Assembly (NCBI RefSeq): GCF_006345805.1
Contig: NW_021834539.1
Coordinates: forward strand, 1 to 46,060
Reading direction: 5' to 3'
DNA: 46,060 nucleotides
Origin: Octopus sinensis
Taxonomy: Eukaryota
This document shows positions 1-12,241 of this stretch, one piece after another. The notes below the pieces were generated by a model. The model was not told where the DNA came from. It worked only from the letters and a program-made list of their open reading frames with translations, and searched no databases. Within the stretch, counting starts at the first letter, position 1. Every line of letters starts with the position of its first letter. A program made the translations under genes and the position numbers.

Positions 1-479
1 AGATCTCAGGCATGACATGTGTCAAAGTCGCTTGCTGTGCTCGGTCGCGTGCTCGGCTCGTGATATATTAAATAAATATCCACTAGAATTTGAGAGAAGT
101 ACTAATTGTGAACTTAATTGTAAGTTCTGTTGTGTTCTCGCAAACTTTTCGAAAAATTTTAACGTGGGTCAACACAGACAGACTGAAATGGATAATAAAA
201 AAATAAAACACACTACTTCGTCAATCGAAATTGATTGCAGTTCCAAATGATTTTTGTTTTAAATTAGTTTTGATGATGACGGATGTGAATATCCCTCTTT
301 ATAAAATTTTTCATAATCATTATGTTCCATCGGAAACACATTGTCGCAAATTAGTATATATGATAAATATCTTGTAAATGTTAAACGGATCAAAAATCTT
401 ATTTTAAATTTGAAAATATTTTTGAATGTTGATCAAACCCAAATTTTAAAAATCGATTAAAAGAAATCCATGGTGCAAC

Positions 480-795
480 GATTGCTAATTGTTTTCCAGA
501 AATTTGTTCAATGTTATGGAAATGTCCAGCTATAACTATTTCGATTGAATGAAGTTTTTTATGCTTTAGAAAATGCTGGAGAAGGATAGAAACTAAAAAA
601 TGATAACATTACATATTATTTCTCGTTATATTATAATAAATTTGAGTGCCATATAAACGAACACTTAAAACTGTATTAATACATAAAAATAAAAAGTTAT
701 CAGATCATATTCACGGGCATATATTTTTGTGGCTATATAAATCATACTTTGTCGGTCATATTTGAATTTTTTAAGTCATATTTGCGGTTGCCCTA
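480..795 (+). mobile_element. Decayed hAT-like transposase C-terminal (dimerisation) remnant
   Basis: Frameshifted translation resembles the P-T-S-x-x-ERSFS...KMLEKDRN region (KMLEKDRN at ~570-593); end-like sequence tttgcggttgcccta at ~780-794. No TSD found. Confidence 0.4.
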
Positions 796-1043
796 ATGAT
801 GAAAAATGTGATTCATTTTTAACATAATAATTATTAAAAAACTCAATTAATAAATTCTTTACTGTATGAGAACGTGATTTCACTTTGAGAGTATTTATGT
901 AACGATTTAATTAATTCTGAAGTGTTTTTTTGACTATCATGAACCAACTGTTTATTTTTCAAAGTTTTTAATTACACTTGTTAAAAATATGTGACCATAT
1001 TTATTTTTATATTCGATTAAGCTTTATAGTCAAACTTAAACAA

Positions 1044-2016
1044 ATGAATTCTATTCTTTACTTGTTGGCATCATGGATTTCTTTAAGTCTATAAACTATT
1101 TAATATAATTAAAAGGTTCTGGATATTTTATGAAGTCATACCTTTTTAATTATTATTTCTTGTACACTGGAAATAAACTAAACTACCAAGCAGCTCTTAA
1201 TCTTTGCGAAGCATTTGATCTACAGTTAATGGACTCATATTCTCCAAAACAAAACCAATTTATACTTAGTTTTTTGATTACTATAACTTCTAGACGTTTC
1301 TAAAACACTAGGGGGGAATTTTTGGATTGCACAAACTATTCGTGATGAAAAATTCAGACATCATTATAATTCAGCTTTAGTTACTAATATTTTAAATTAT
1401 AAAATACCAGAAATATGCAAATTGGGGGAATCACGAACCAATAATGTCCGGAAAATGTCAAAAATGTATAGAAATTGACGAATGCGGGAAATGGCAAACA
1501 ACTTGCTGCACAGATAATAGATATTTTTTATGCAATTCTGGAGGTTATTAGCCCGATATATCTGCTCTATATTTAGTCACAAATGTGTCTTGCCATGGAG
1601 GCTACTGCTATCTTTATCACAAATCAAAAGTACTATGCACTGCAGCAGAAACCATTTGCTCAAAAATAAATGGAACTTTAGTAGAACCGAGCGACAGTGA
1701 CGAAAATCAATTTCTTTTTGGTATTTTATTAATTACACAAAACGATAGAAAATTTTGTGGACCAATACCAAACCGAAATCTGGATAAAACAACCTCCTCA
1801 AAATCAAGTCTTTAAAAAATAATTATATAGGCATTCCAACATTGGTCAAATCGTGACATGTCCGATAAAATTAAGGGACAATGTATTTATATGAACTTAT
1901 GTGGAAAATGGGAACATCTTGCAGTTACTGATAATTCCAAGATAACAAAGCCATTTGTTTGTAAAGTTCGCCAAGTTGATCAGGGTAAATTCTGCAAATG
2001 TAACACCAATAAATAA
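1044..2016 (+). CDS. Secreted protein with two tandem C-type lectin domains (267 aa after splicing)
   Basis: Six GT-AG introns of 29, 25, 31, 33, 28 and 23 nt give an uninterrupted 804-nt CDS. Hydrophobic N-terminus MNSILYLLASWISL; domain 1 has FWIAQ...WGNHEP...CIEIDECGKWQTTCC...FLC; domain 2 has CHGGYCY...C...W...CIYMNLCGKW...FVCK. Confidence 0.88.
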
Positions 2017-2199
2017 TGACCAGGACTTAATACATAACAAAATTAATATTAATTACAATTCTAAATTTTAATAAATGATTTGTTTATTTTACAATTTTAT
2101 CATTCAGAGTGTTTTTAAAACTCCCAGGAGATCGATTTTTCCAGACATAAGAAGTATAAAATTTTTGTGTAATTAATAAAATACCAAAAAGAAATTGAT
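1706..2199. repeat. 37-bp perfect inverted repeat pair (1706-1742 / 2163-2199)
   Basis: atcaatttctttttggtattttattaattacacaaaa at 1706-1742 and its exact reverse complement at 2163-2199. Confidence 0.95.
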
Positions 2200-3600
2200 C
2201 CAAAATCGACCAGTAAAAGAGACGGAGAAAGACCCAAACGAAAGCGGAGATATATTGAAATAACTTATTCACAAGGATGCGAAAGGATCTATTGGAACAA
2301 CTGTCTGCAAAAGCCACTCAAACCTGTTGAATCTAAATATTGCCGATGTTGCAAAAAAAGGCCATCAAACTGAAAATTGAAAAAACAAATGACCAGAAAG
2401 TAAAAGAAAAACTCAAGAGAATGTAGACAAATATCGAGAAAAATTAAGAAGGAAAATTTTAAATACGTGAAAACTTCATTAAACTCTCAAATATCAGAAA
2501 TTGAACCTAAAGGATGGTTCACAGACCTGAAAGATGACCATTAGGCTACTGAATCGTCGACAACAGAAAACAAATCTAATTGTGCATGACGGACGTGGGA
2601 AAACAATTCGAAATTTGATATGAGAAGAGCATTTGATACGTTTCGCAGAGACAAGCAAATAAAAGTCCTCAAAACTATTCTTGACGATGACTCGATTAGA
2701 ATTGTTCGAGCACTGCTTATAGACATCTAGTTAACAGTAAAGACCGAGCCCGTAGAATCAAAATATTTTAAAACAAATATTGTAACGCCCCAAAGTGATT
2801 CGATATCGCTTGTACTATTCATTGTCTAGCTCGAAACGGGACTGAAGTGATTTATGCTGACGGTGTAGACTTTTTGTCGAAACACTAAGAATCGCTAAAC
2901 ATTGTTTCCCAAGCACTGAAAAAATGGTTCTTGAAAATGAACATCAAAAAACTGAGTATGTAAAAATCAACCGGAAGGCAAACAGAACAGGCGAAAAATG
3001 ACAAAACTAAAAAAAAGTTGAGATATTCGTAGGAGATAGCGAAGACATTATGAGGAGAAAAATGCTGTCGACTGTTGCACTTAACGATCTGTGGACGACG
3101 TGGCTACAAAACCGCAAGGTTGGAACAGTCTTACTTGTTAAATTATACAATGCTTTTGTTAAGCCTATACTTTTCTAAAACGGAGGAAATTGGAAGCATC
3201 TGAGTTTGAACTAAAATTTCTCGATGCGTTTTACAGAAGACAGGTAATACTTCTTATCGGCATCAACTGACCGAAGAAAAACAAGAACTTTACTCTATAT
3301 TATATATCTGAAACAGTAGACCCATCACATTACCGAAACTCGTTGGCGCCTATTCGGCACATACTAAAACTCGACACAACTTCTTATGTCAGTTAAGCAA
3401 TGAAATTATAATACAAAAATGACAAATCAAAGTTCCGAGGAGGTTCACGGACAACTCTACCTATTGTTATCCCGAGAGACCTTCACCACATTAAAAGACA
3501 GCTAAAAATCAGAGACGACTTTAATACTCTCATGAGTATAGCATGGAACCGTGCATCTTGGAAAAATATGATCAAGGCAGCAATTTCATGTGTGGCATAT
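2100..3600 (+). mobile_element. Decayed RTE-clade non-LTR retrotransposon (RT and 3' region)
   Basis: Broken frames retain VIYADGVDF (YADD-like, ~2850), LKMNIKKTEY, YNAFVKPIL and a 3' region matching the RTE copy at 39390-39910. Many stops and frameshifts. Confidence 0.75.
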
Positions 3601-4247
3601 GTGGGAGCTTAATTAATTTTTCTTTAAATTATGTTCCTATGATAGTGAAAATAATAATGATATTAACACCTATTAGGTACTTTTTAATTAAATAGTGATA
3701 ACATATAAAATCATTTATCAACTTTCCAATAATCATTTCTTTTTAAAATGACAAAAAAATCCTCTAGAGTTTGACAAGAAAAGGCTTCTTAGTTTTTTGT
3801 TGTAAAATATACTGAAATAGTGCGGTGCATTCGTTTTTTCTAAATTACACAGAAGTCAAATTGAATTTATTATATTAAACAAAAGTTAATGATATGAAAA
3901 TCAATAATTTACGTGTAGTAAAAAATAGTTACCTAAAGTGAATTGATTAAATGATTTTTAGCTACATTTTTTCAAATTCTTTATGTTTTCAAAAAGTATT
4001 AACATATTGATTAAATCAAAAAATACATAAACAATTATAACTATCACTAAGAATCAATACCAAACGTTGACACTCGAGGGATTATTGAATAATCGAACAA
4101 TTCCAATTATATATTAATGATTATTAAAATAAAATCGTCTTAAATGACAAAAAATATTCGAAAATTGCCAGAGATTTTTGAAACAAATGTAAAAGACAGA
4201 AACGATGCATTGATAACTTGTGATAAATATTAATAATTTTACTAGTT

Positions 4248-4964
4248 TTGGACAATTTAGATTTTGATAATTTGAAAGTAAATAATTATCCTCGCCAATT
4301 AAGTGAACTATGTATCAATTCTACATTTGTCGCCCCGGGAATCAAAAGAGACGACCTAAATACTCCAATTTTTAGAAAAATAAGATTATTTGGAACTTTT
4401 TCTGGAATTTTGAGTACAATATTTCACTGTTTACTATTATGGAAAACTGTTTTCAGTTCTGGAACTATGAATATATCTCTTATTAATCCATGTTTTGCTA
4501 ATGTTACTGCGATATCATTAACAGGATGCGAGTCTATATCAAGTATGTATAACTTTATGTCAAAATAGGATTTCAATCTGTTACAAGCTGTTTAGCGATT
4601 TTTGGACTAACAATGAATATTTTTAGCATATTCTTATCTACAATCGGAATTTTTCACAAATTCCTAAGTAAAAAATTATATTATTATCACTCGGCAGCAG
4701 AAGGATTTATAGTTTCAGGTTTTTTATTTTATGATCATTTTAGGTATATCGATGTTTATAACAATGTCTCTGGTAACTTATATGATCGAACATCAAAAAA
4801 ATTTGTCATCAAATATACATCATGGAGAATTCAAATACGATTATGGATTTTATTGTGGATGGATTTCTAGTGCCCTTCATTTTATATCTGCTCTGTGTTT
4901 TCAATTTGATGAAATGGATGTTTTTCATAAGATAGTTGATAATTTTCAGAAAAGTATAAATTGA
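4248..4964 (+). CDS. Claudin/PMP22-superfamily four-pass membrane protein (5' end uncertain)
   Basis: Introns 4543-4568 (26 nt) and 4719-4743 (25 nt) join three ORF-track fragments into four hydrophobic segments. There are two Cys in the first loop and YDYGFYCGWISSALHFISALCF in TM4. Start codon not resolved. Confidence 0.65.
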
Positions 4965-5045
4965 TATTTATTTTATCCTTTTTTAATTTTATAAAATATA
5001 TTTAAATGTGATATAAATATGGAATGGTGAGAATATTTTCTTGTT

Positions 5046-5432
5046 ATGAGTAATAAACATGGCCAAGAACGTATGAATTACCTCTATCAGGTGAAATGAA
5101 ATTATTTTTATAATCATAAATAGCTGTCAAATATAATGATTCATTCTGATTCTTGTCCTTTTATTTTAACCAGAATGAATATCTCTACCATGAAACGAAT
5201 TGGTCGAAAGACAGTTCAGAGACTGTAGTATTTCATAGAAATATATTGTAGTGATAGATCTATCAAACGCTCAATTTGTAAATATTGTAATATTATCCTC
5301 GCTCCGGGTAAATCAGCAACTTTTTTTCTTCAAGGACGATCCTTGATTACTATTTGTTTGAATTGTTCCAACCAAAGATCATTTATACAAAAAACGGGCT
5401 TTCATCAAGATCCTGGTTTTAGACTTGAATAA
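5046..5432 (+). CDS. RPP21: RNase P protein subunit p21 (Rpr2 family), 108 aa
   Basis: Introns 5091-5123 (33 nt) and 5225-5251 (27 nt). Spliced protein has ERMNYLYQ, MKRIGRKTVQRLDRSIKRSICKYC and ITICLNC, i.e. the two CxxC zinc motifs of Rpr2. Absent from the ORF track. Confidence 0.92.
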
Positions 5433-5499
5433 TTTTTAATACAAAATGAATAATAAAAATGCAACTTTTATACTTTTTGTTCTTTGATTGTTTTTTAAT

Positions 5500-6290
5500 A
5501 ACTTATTTAATAACCAAATATCAAATTTAGTTAATTACTTGATGTATTTTGTTAATCAAACTTTTCTTTTTAGGCTCAATTCCATACCAGATCATAACAG
5601 CAAGGATGATTTTCTCTTTCATTCAGTCGATTGCCTCCAGTTCATTTGCCGTCAAGCTATATTTGCAAAATTCTTCTACTTCGACCTGCTTGAGACAATT
5701 TTTTGAAATGACCCCCATCTCAATAAAATTAATTGTTTTACTCGAATTTGCGTGAACAAAAATTTTAGTTTTGCTATTCTAGATAGCAGTATTTGCGGGA
5801 ACGTCGGTGTCGACTAGGATTTCTACAAATTTGATAATGATAACAAATTAGATTGATTGGGTTTTTAATTTTTGAGTCTTTTATTCAATATTGCCGGCGT
5901 AGATGCAAATGCAGACATTTGATCACTTCGTTATTGGCGTCTGAGGGAGGAACTGTTAAGCATTCGGCCACACCTAGTAGTAAAGTATCAACAGTCTTTT
6001 TATATGAGTTACAGTGACTGCATTTATTCTCTCCCTTATTTAAAAACAAGTTTCGGTATTGCAGTATGCACAGGCTTACTTCGGTCCGGGGGGAATTTTT
6101 TTTCATAGTCTGGTCACCCACGAGATTTATTAACATGAACTCAACTTCAGTATTTATCAAATATTAAAACAAAATAAAGTACAAGGGATTCTTTTTGATT
6201 TATCAGTAAATATTCAACTTGAAGTTGATATTCAGGCTCAATATATTGAGCTTCTTTTTTAGGTCTAGGATTTTCCTCAACATCTCCGGA
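5500..6290 (-). mobile_element. R4/Dong-like RLE non-LTR retrotransposon 3' fragment (zinc knuckle plus restriction-like endonuclease)
   Basis: SPRTEVSLCILQYRNLF...CSHC...KTVD...NEVIKCLHL zinc-knuckle region, followed by a degraded RLE (KYSLTANEL). Frameshifted. Confidence 0.75.
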
Positions 6291-6607
6291 GAGGATGAGC
6301 CGCCCGCGGGAAAGTTCCCGAACTTGGAGGAAGTGCTGCCCAGAGGGAGGTCATCTGGATGGATGTCGACAAATGGTTCTTTTTGAATACAATTTAAGAT
6401 TTTATCTGATGCGAACAAAAATGGTGAACCACATGACGCGCGGTCTTTTATTTTTTTGGCGTCCCTCTCACATTAAAAGTTTGAAAACTTTCAAATACGC
6501 TGCTACGTTACTGAGTATAAAGTAATAATTTTTCGTATTGTTTTGAACATTAGATTCACACCGTTTCGAAATAATATTATTTGTTTTAAGTTAAATGTTT
6601 AGGATTG

Positions 6608-7129
6608 TTAAGTGTAAGGATATTGGCAGATGAATCCGGTTTTACGTAGGCATGAAATATCATACATCTTCCCATCTGAATTTATGGCAGCACAATCTTC
6701 GTTATATTTGTTATCTGGTTGGTCAGCTCCCCACTTTATTTCCGACTATAAATGTTTAATAAAATCAATTAATCTACTATACAGCCAAATTTCCTTCTGT
6801 GTCTTTGAACTTGCCTTCTGTGACTTGATCATCATAACCAACAAAATAATCTTTGCTGTATTGTTTGATCAGTACTTTAATAGTTAGTTTTTTATATGGC
6901 ACCATTTATATATTCCAATTCTTTGTCCGATTTAAATGTTGCTAAGTCTCCTCCATATATTTGGCATAAATATTTTCCAGAACGTTGAAATCTATAGACG
7001 TTGTATATCTTAAAACACTTCTGGATGTCTTTATTGCAATCTCCTTAAGGTTTAACAAAATGGAATACCTTTCCAAGTAACAGACAGAATTTGATTAAGA
7101 TTTAATATAACAGTCAAGTATAATAGCAT
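6608..7129 (-). CDS. Secreted single-domain C-type lectin with QPD motif (143 aa)
   Basis: Three GT-AG introns (25, 28, 37 nt) give a 432-nt CDS: signal-like MLLYLTVILNLNQILS, LCQIYGGDLATF, YFVGYDD, WGADQPDNKYNEDCAAI, MYDISC, GFICQ. Absent from the ORF track. Confidence 0.92.
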
Positions 7130-7379
7130 TGTTTCGTATAATTACTTTTTGAAATATAAGTTAATATACATATTAAGTAAACATCTGTTATTATGAGCAG
7201 CTGACTATTTTTTATAATTAGATATGAAGCAATATTAAGCAAAATATTTATTTAAGATTAAAATATTTCTAAATAAACAAACTGGTAAATTTCATTACAA
7301 AAAATATCTATTTGATAAATAAGAGACTGGAATTATTATTATTATTAAAGACCAAACACGGGCAAAGCCAGTTAATTAT

Positions 7380-7740
7380 AGTTATTCCCGTGATCGCCGA
7401 TCCAAACGAGGGAGATCCTAATGAAAGGTTCGATCCTGCCCGCATGATCGGCCTGAGACGACGATGTCCCAGGGTCTGAGAGCTAGAAGTCCTTTTTCGG
7501 TAGGCATTAAGTGCCTCCTGAGCGTTGCCATATCCGATTGGAATTTTCCAACTGACATGGTGGACCCCGTAACGCCACGCTAAGACCGGAAGGTAAGAGA
7601 TCCTCATTTCCAACTGTGTCGTGCCAGAAGTACTCGTTACCTCACGGGCAGGGGAACGATAACGAGAATTGGCCCCAGGATGAAAACTGGCCTCCTTCGG
7701 AATCGAACTCACGACTGTCCAAATCCATTATCCATAGCTT
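7380..7740 (-). mobile_element. CR1/L2-like RT fragment
   Basis: Degraded DNGFGQS*VR...ILGPIL matches the V-NG--S-W...PQGSxLGPxLF RT motif. Locally GC-rich. Confidence 0.5.
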
Positions 7741-7859
7741 AGTCTTCAGCCAAGAGACTGGAATCACAGTCCATAAAGGTTTGAATCATTGTGAGGTGAA
7801 AAATCTCTATAAGTACGACCTACTTGCAAGTGAATTGGAATAATCCACAATGCTATTAG

Positions 7860-8175
7860 TACATCAGAGAGTATACGCGGTCCAACAGGAGGCGAATCGA
7901 GGAGGCCCAACAAAGGGCCCTCAGATTAACCGATCGTTGGTCGCATGATAGCCAACGCCCCGGTCCAGCTTCTCTGGAAGACCTCATCAAGCTGAACCTC
8001 GGCCCGTCAGCGAATGCTCCGCCAAAAACAGCCTGCTGCCCTGTGCGATCTTGTGTGGGCTCGTGGAAAGATCACCGAGCGAAGATGAGGTCCCTGGTTG
8101 AGTGCATTGGGATCACGTGACGTTTGTTCGGTTTTTAGCGTGGTCTTGGTGATTTAATGAATAAATAAAATAAAT
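7860..8175 (+). mobile_element. CR1/L2-like LINE 3' end
   Basis: RRIEEAQQRALRL...SLEDLIKLNL resembles the RT tail of this clade; ends in an AATAA-type tail (aataaataaaataaat, ~8160-8175). An R4-type RLE shard (KYDLLASELE) precedes it at ~7745-7845. Confidence 0.55.
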
Positions 8176-8199
8176 ACGCATAGGACATAAGTTTGGAAT

Positions 8200-9860
8200 G
8201 ATCTCTCCAGAAGAATGCCAAAAGACTTTTTTACAAATTGAGCAACGAAGTCTTGCCAAATGAAGTCATTGAGTCGAACTTAAGAATGATCACAGAAGAT
8301 GCTAACCCTGTAAGATGGATGAGTGGTAAGTACAGCTCAAGAATGAACAAAGATTCCTTTAGCTGGTAGAAAGTTATTTTTGTTTTTTAGTCACCTGCAT
8401 TTTACAACATTCACATCAGTGCTTTTCAGACACTAGTATAGAATTGAGTGTAAAGGTTTTTTCTCAATTTTTTCTAGTGGATGTAAAAGTTAAATCTTTT
8501 GGAGTTTTCTAGATCTCAATCTCTTCTCATTGTTAATTAAAACTGATTTGTAATACTTTTTTTTATAATTCCATAATTGCTCTATTGAATTCACTACTTG
8601 ACAATATTAAGAATTTATAGTTTTCTCTAACTTCAACATGAAAACTGGGATTCGCTTTTTCAAATACTAAGAAACATGAGAAGATTTGAAAATATTTGAT
8701 TGGACTGAAAAAATCCGTAAGATTTTATGAAAATAGATATTTATCAGCTCGGTATCTTATTCGTTTTAAAATTATCAATCTGATTTCTCGATCTTAGAAA
8801 TCGAACTTTCTTTTTCCGATAACTATAAAGGCTGTCAGATGTCTTTTAATCAAAACTCTATGTACCTGGATTCTTAATGGTAGCTCTGGTTATTTTTCTC
8901 TCATCTAATGTAATTGCCTTAAACAAGGCTGAAGAAGGAATTCCCGTTATCAAAGATCATCTGTTCAAATGTTAATCCTGGATGCCAAATCAATTGAAAT
9001 TAATCTGAAAGTAGCCGGTAGCGCTCATGCGTGTAGAATTCGACAATTCGAAATACAAGTTGATATTCTATTCATATCGGAACTGGATGTTCGCAATGCT
9101 TTAATAGAAGTTAACCTAGATATCTCTCTTCAGAAGTTCATACTTGGAGTTCTATGTTATATCCAGTTTTATTCTCTTCATAATACTCTTGCAACTTTTT
9201 GGGAATTTTGCAATGGATACATAGATACTCACGTCCATCAAAGAATAGATTCCTATTTTGTAGAAAACAGTATAGAGTTTCACATCATGGAGAGTTAATC
9301 CCTTTTGCCAACACTTTACTTGATATTTTGATATCGAAATTTAAACAAAGGGGGGTGAAGCAATTTACTTCTAATTTTCTTACTTAAATATTGCATGTGC
9401 GCTTCTCTCAATTTTCTAACAGTAATAGCATGTTTGTCAGTAGTTCTCTACTTTGCGATAATTGCAATATGCCATTTTTGTTTATTCCCGACCTCCATAG
9501 ACAAAAATTGAATTTTTTTATTTAAATCTTTCAGAAACAGGAGGACCATTCGTTTGCTTATAAAAATAGAGTCAAAGGTAAATTAATTGTTTTAAGGATT
9601 AATTAAAAGCCAGTGAAATAAAAGTAATTGACAATGACATCCATAATTTTTGTTGAGGTATTTCCTTCTTGAGAACTTATTTTAAGATTCTCCACAAAAA
9701 ACAAGTGATTCTTAAATTAATTCAAAATTTAGGAAAATTAGTATTCGACTGAGAGGACCTATGACCATAACAAAAAATTGACGGGATAATGAATCACGTT
9801 GTAGAATTCCACAGTTAAGTTTACATAGGAGACCATTATCTAACGACATTTTTCACAAGG
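8200..9860 (-). mobile_element. Mosaic of decayed R4/Dong-like retrotransposon fragments
   Basis: Minus-strand LNCGILQRDSLSRQFFVMVIGPLSRIL (RT, ~9740-9830) and KGINSP*CETLYCFLQNRNLFF...CIHC (~9210-9310); a plus-strand shard lies at ~8200-8370. Confidence 0.65.
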
Positions 9861-10484
9861 TTTGTTATTGACAGATGAGTTCCTACACACTCCAGCACAT
9901 GGAATAAAAAATTGCATCAGTTGATCATCATAACCAACAAAATAAGACTTTTTGTAATAAAAAGTTAAACCAAATCAACAGTTTCCTTCGGATCGGGATC
10001 AACGGAAATAGGATTGGATAGATTTCAATCTTTTATTTTTTTGTTTAATTGTAAACTTATAATATTGGGATTTTTTTGTTTTTCGACTCTTTGCATTCGA
10101 ACTTCAATACGTACACGTGTTCGTGAACACTCTCTTATTTTTTGTCTTTAATACGTAGACGTGCTTATGAATAGTGCCATCTCTTTATATAAAATATTTA
10201 CTAAATCAACTTGTTTTTAATAAAAAAACTGTTGTGAAAGAAAAAATATTCTAAAAAAGTTGTTAATAGCTGTATAACTCATACAAATGACTAGATTTTT
10301 CCGTCTAACACTGGCTGTACATGATAAATTGCTATCTTTTGAGCAAAAATACGAATTATTTTTTGCGAAACAACGAAACTAATCAACTTGCATGAATATT
10401 GCGGAAGGATTAACATTTCCGTAAGAATTTAATTAATCGCCCAATATATTATTCTAGTTAACGCTAAATGTTCAAACTACAGTC

Positions 10485-10702
10485 ATGGGGTTAGTCACCT
10501 TTTGTCACAAATTAATTAAATTAAAATAGAAAAACACAAGAGCCAAAGACAAAGACAGACATTCCTACTCAGCCCGCTGGAAAAGATGCCGTTATGAGCC
10601 AAATCAAGAAAGGAAAACCTAAATTGGCACATGCAACAACAAACGATCGAAGTGCTCCAATGAAGTAATACATCTCATTCATAATTATTCGATAGAAAAT
10701 AA
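10485..10702 (+). CDS. Stand-alone WH2 actin-monomer-binding micropeptide (47-48 aa)
   Basis: ATG 10485, intron 10490-10529 (40 nt), then KTQEPKTKTDIPTQPAGKDAVMSQIKKGKPKLAHATTNDRSAPMK. The stop is at 10668 unspliced, or at 10702 if the GT-AG 10665-10695 (31 nt) is removed. Candidate 5'UTR intron 10421-10457 (GTAAG donor). Confidence 0.78.
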
Positions 10703-11249
10703 GCTAACACAATTAATTTCTAACCTAAGGAGTATTTTTTGATTAGTTCTTTTTAATAAAAGATATTTTTTCTTCAGCTTTATTATTAAATATGCAAGAT
10801 AATAATTATGCACGGAAATGCTTTTTTTATTTCTTATATGATGAGAATAAAGATATTTTTTCTTAAACGAATCAATTGTTTCTGCGTAACAGTAAGGTTT
10901 CGATATATGAATTCGCGTTCACCTGTTCTAAATTCGAATTTTTTTATTAGGGAAAAATTTGAGCAATATTTTAATGTATGTTTGCTACAGACTAAGCATT
11001 CTGGAGTATATTTTAATATATCTATGATATCTGATTGGTAAGATGCATTTTTTAATCTGCTTATGAAAATCGGTTTAAATTCTATCTAAAATTTAGAACA
11101 TTACGTTTGGAAACGTGAGTTCCTGGTTTTCTATTAAAATCAAAATGTTTCTTTTTTAAACATAAGTCATTAATTATATCCAGCATGATAAAATTTTCAC
11201 ATTAGATACTGATTTTTCGCGATTCATCTCTAAACATTTTCAAGAATCT

Positions 11250-12230
11250 ATTAACAGACGTTATTATTTTGACTAGCACATCTCTTTTGAAAGAAACTAT
11301 TTTATGGTCGCCAATAAAGAAGAATTGATTCGTGGAGTGTGTAAACATATTGGGCTATTGGAGTTTGGAAAACATTGAGTTATGTATCCTGCTTAAGAGA
11401 TCCATCCTCTTTGGAATATTCCCCCGGCAAAACTTTACTTTCCCAATTCTTTCACATCGATATGTATGTTTTCTGTCCACCTTTTGATTATTTTCTTTAT
11501 AAAGTTGACGATTCAATGAGATATTCAAAATCAACTCAATACGTAAAACAAAAACTCATGATCAATTGAGTCAAATATCCAAGCAGAATATTTCCATAAT
11601 TTTTATTTAAGTATTGGTTAATGAGGACTTGCTCTTTGGAGCCTTGACATTGCTTCCTCGTCCGAAGCTGATTGTCTGACATTAAGGCAAATGTCTCGAC
11701 AAAATCGGTCAGTTTAGAATTAGCACATTTGATGACACGTTTATGCAAAGTTGAATTCTAAGAAATAAAATTATTATGCTCATTCCCATAATTAAATGAA
11801 ATTCTTTTCTTAATATGTTCCTCATACATTTTAATTTTGGTTTCGAATATTTTCTATTAAAAACTGAAATTTAAACACAAAATGACCAAATTATATCCAA
11901 ATTTGTTGAGTTTTTGTTTTCGTTTTCTTGTGGACTTTTTAAACGTTCAGGTTCTTTTTGTAATACTATTAAATCGGTTTCGGTATTGTGTAATTCTTCT
12001 GAAGAATTTGATATTCTATTTTATGTTTTTTCAATTCTTTTTTAACTTAATTATTTTTTCCTAGTTTTAGATCACTGAATTCTACTTTATAAATTGCTAT
12101 AGTTTCTTGATTTTTTGGTAATTTTAACTTTTGTCGGTGAAAAATATATTTTTGATTGAGCTGACTGTAAAGATTAACTCACTCTGGGGAGATTGTTATC
12201 GAAGTGAGCGTCCTCAATCATAGAATCTAA
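11250..12230 (-). mobile_element. R4/Dong-like retrotransposon RT N-terminal fragment
   Basis: DNQLRTRKQCQGSKEQVLIN matches the ENQ-G-----G-KEQ RT-proximal motif. Degraded; the left boundary is approximate. Confidence 0.65.
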
Positions 12231-12241
12231 ATGCAAAAACA

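Noticed and set aside
6203-6418. ORF-track 71-aa protein as a novel gene
   Set aside because: It is the antisense reading of a Tigger shard (GKFPNLEEVL on the plus strand) joined to R4 debris.
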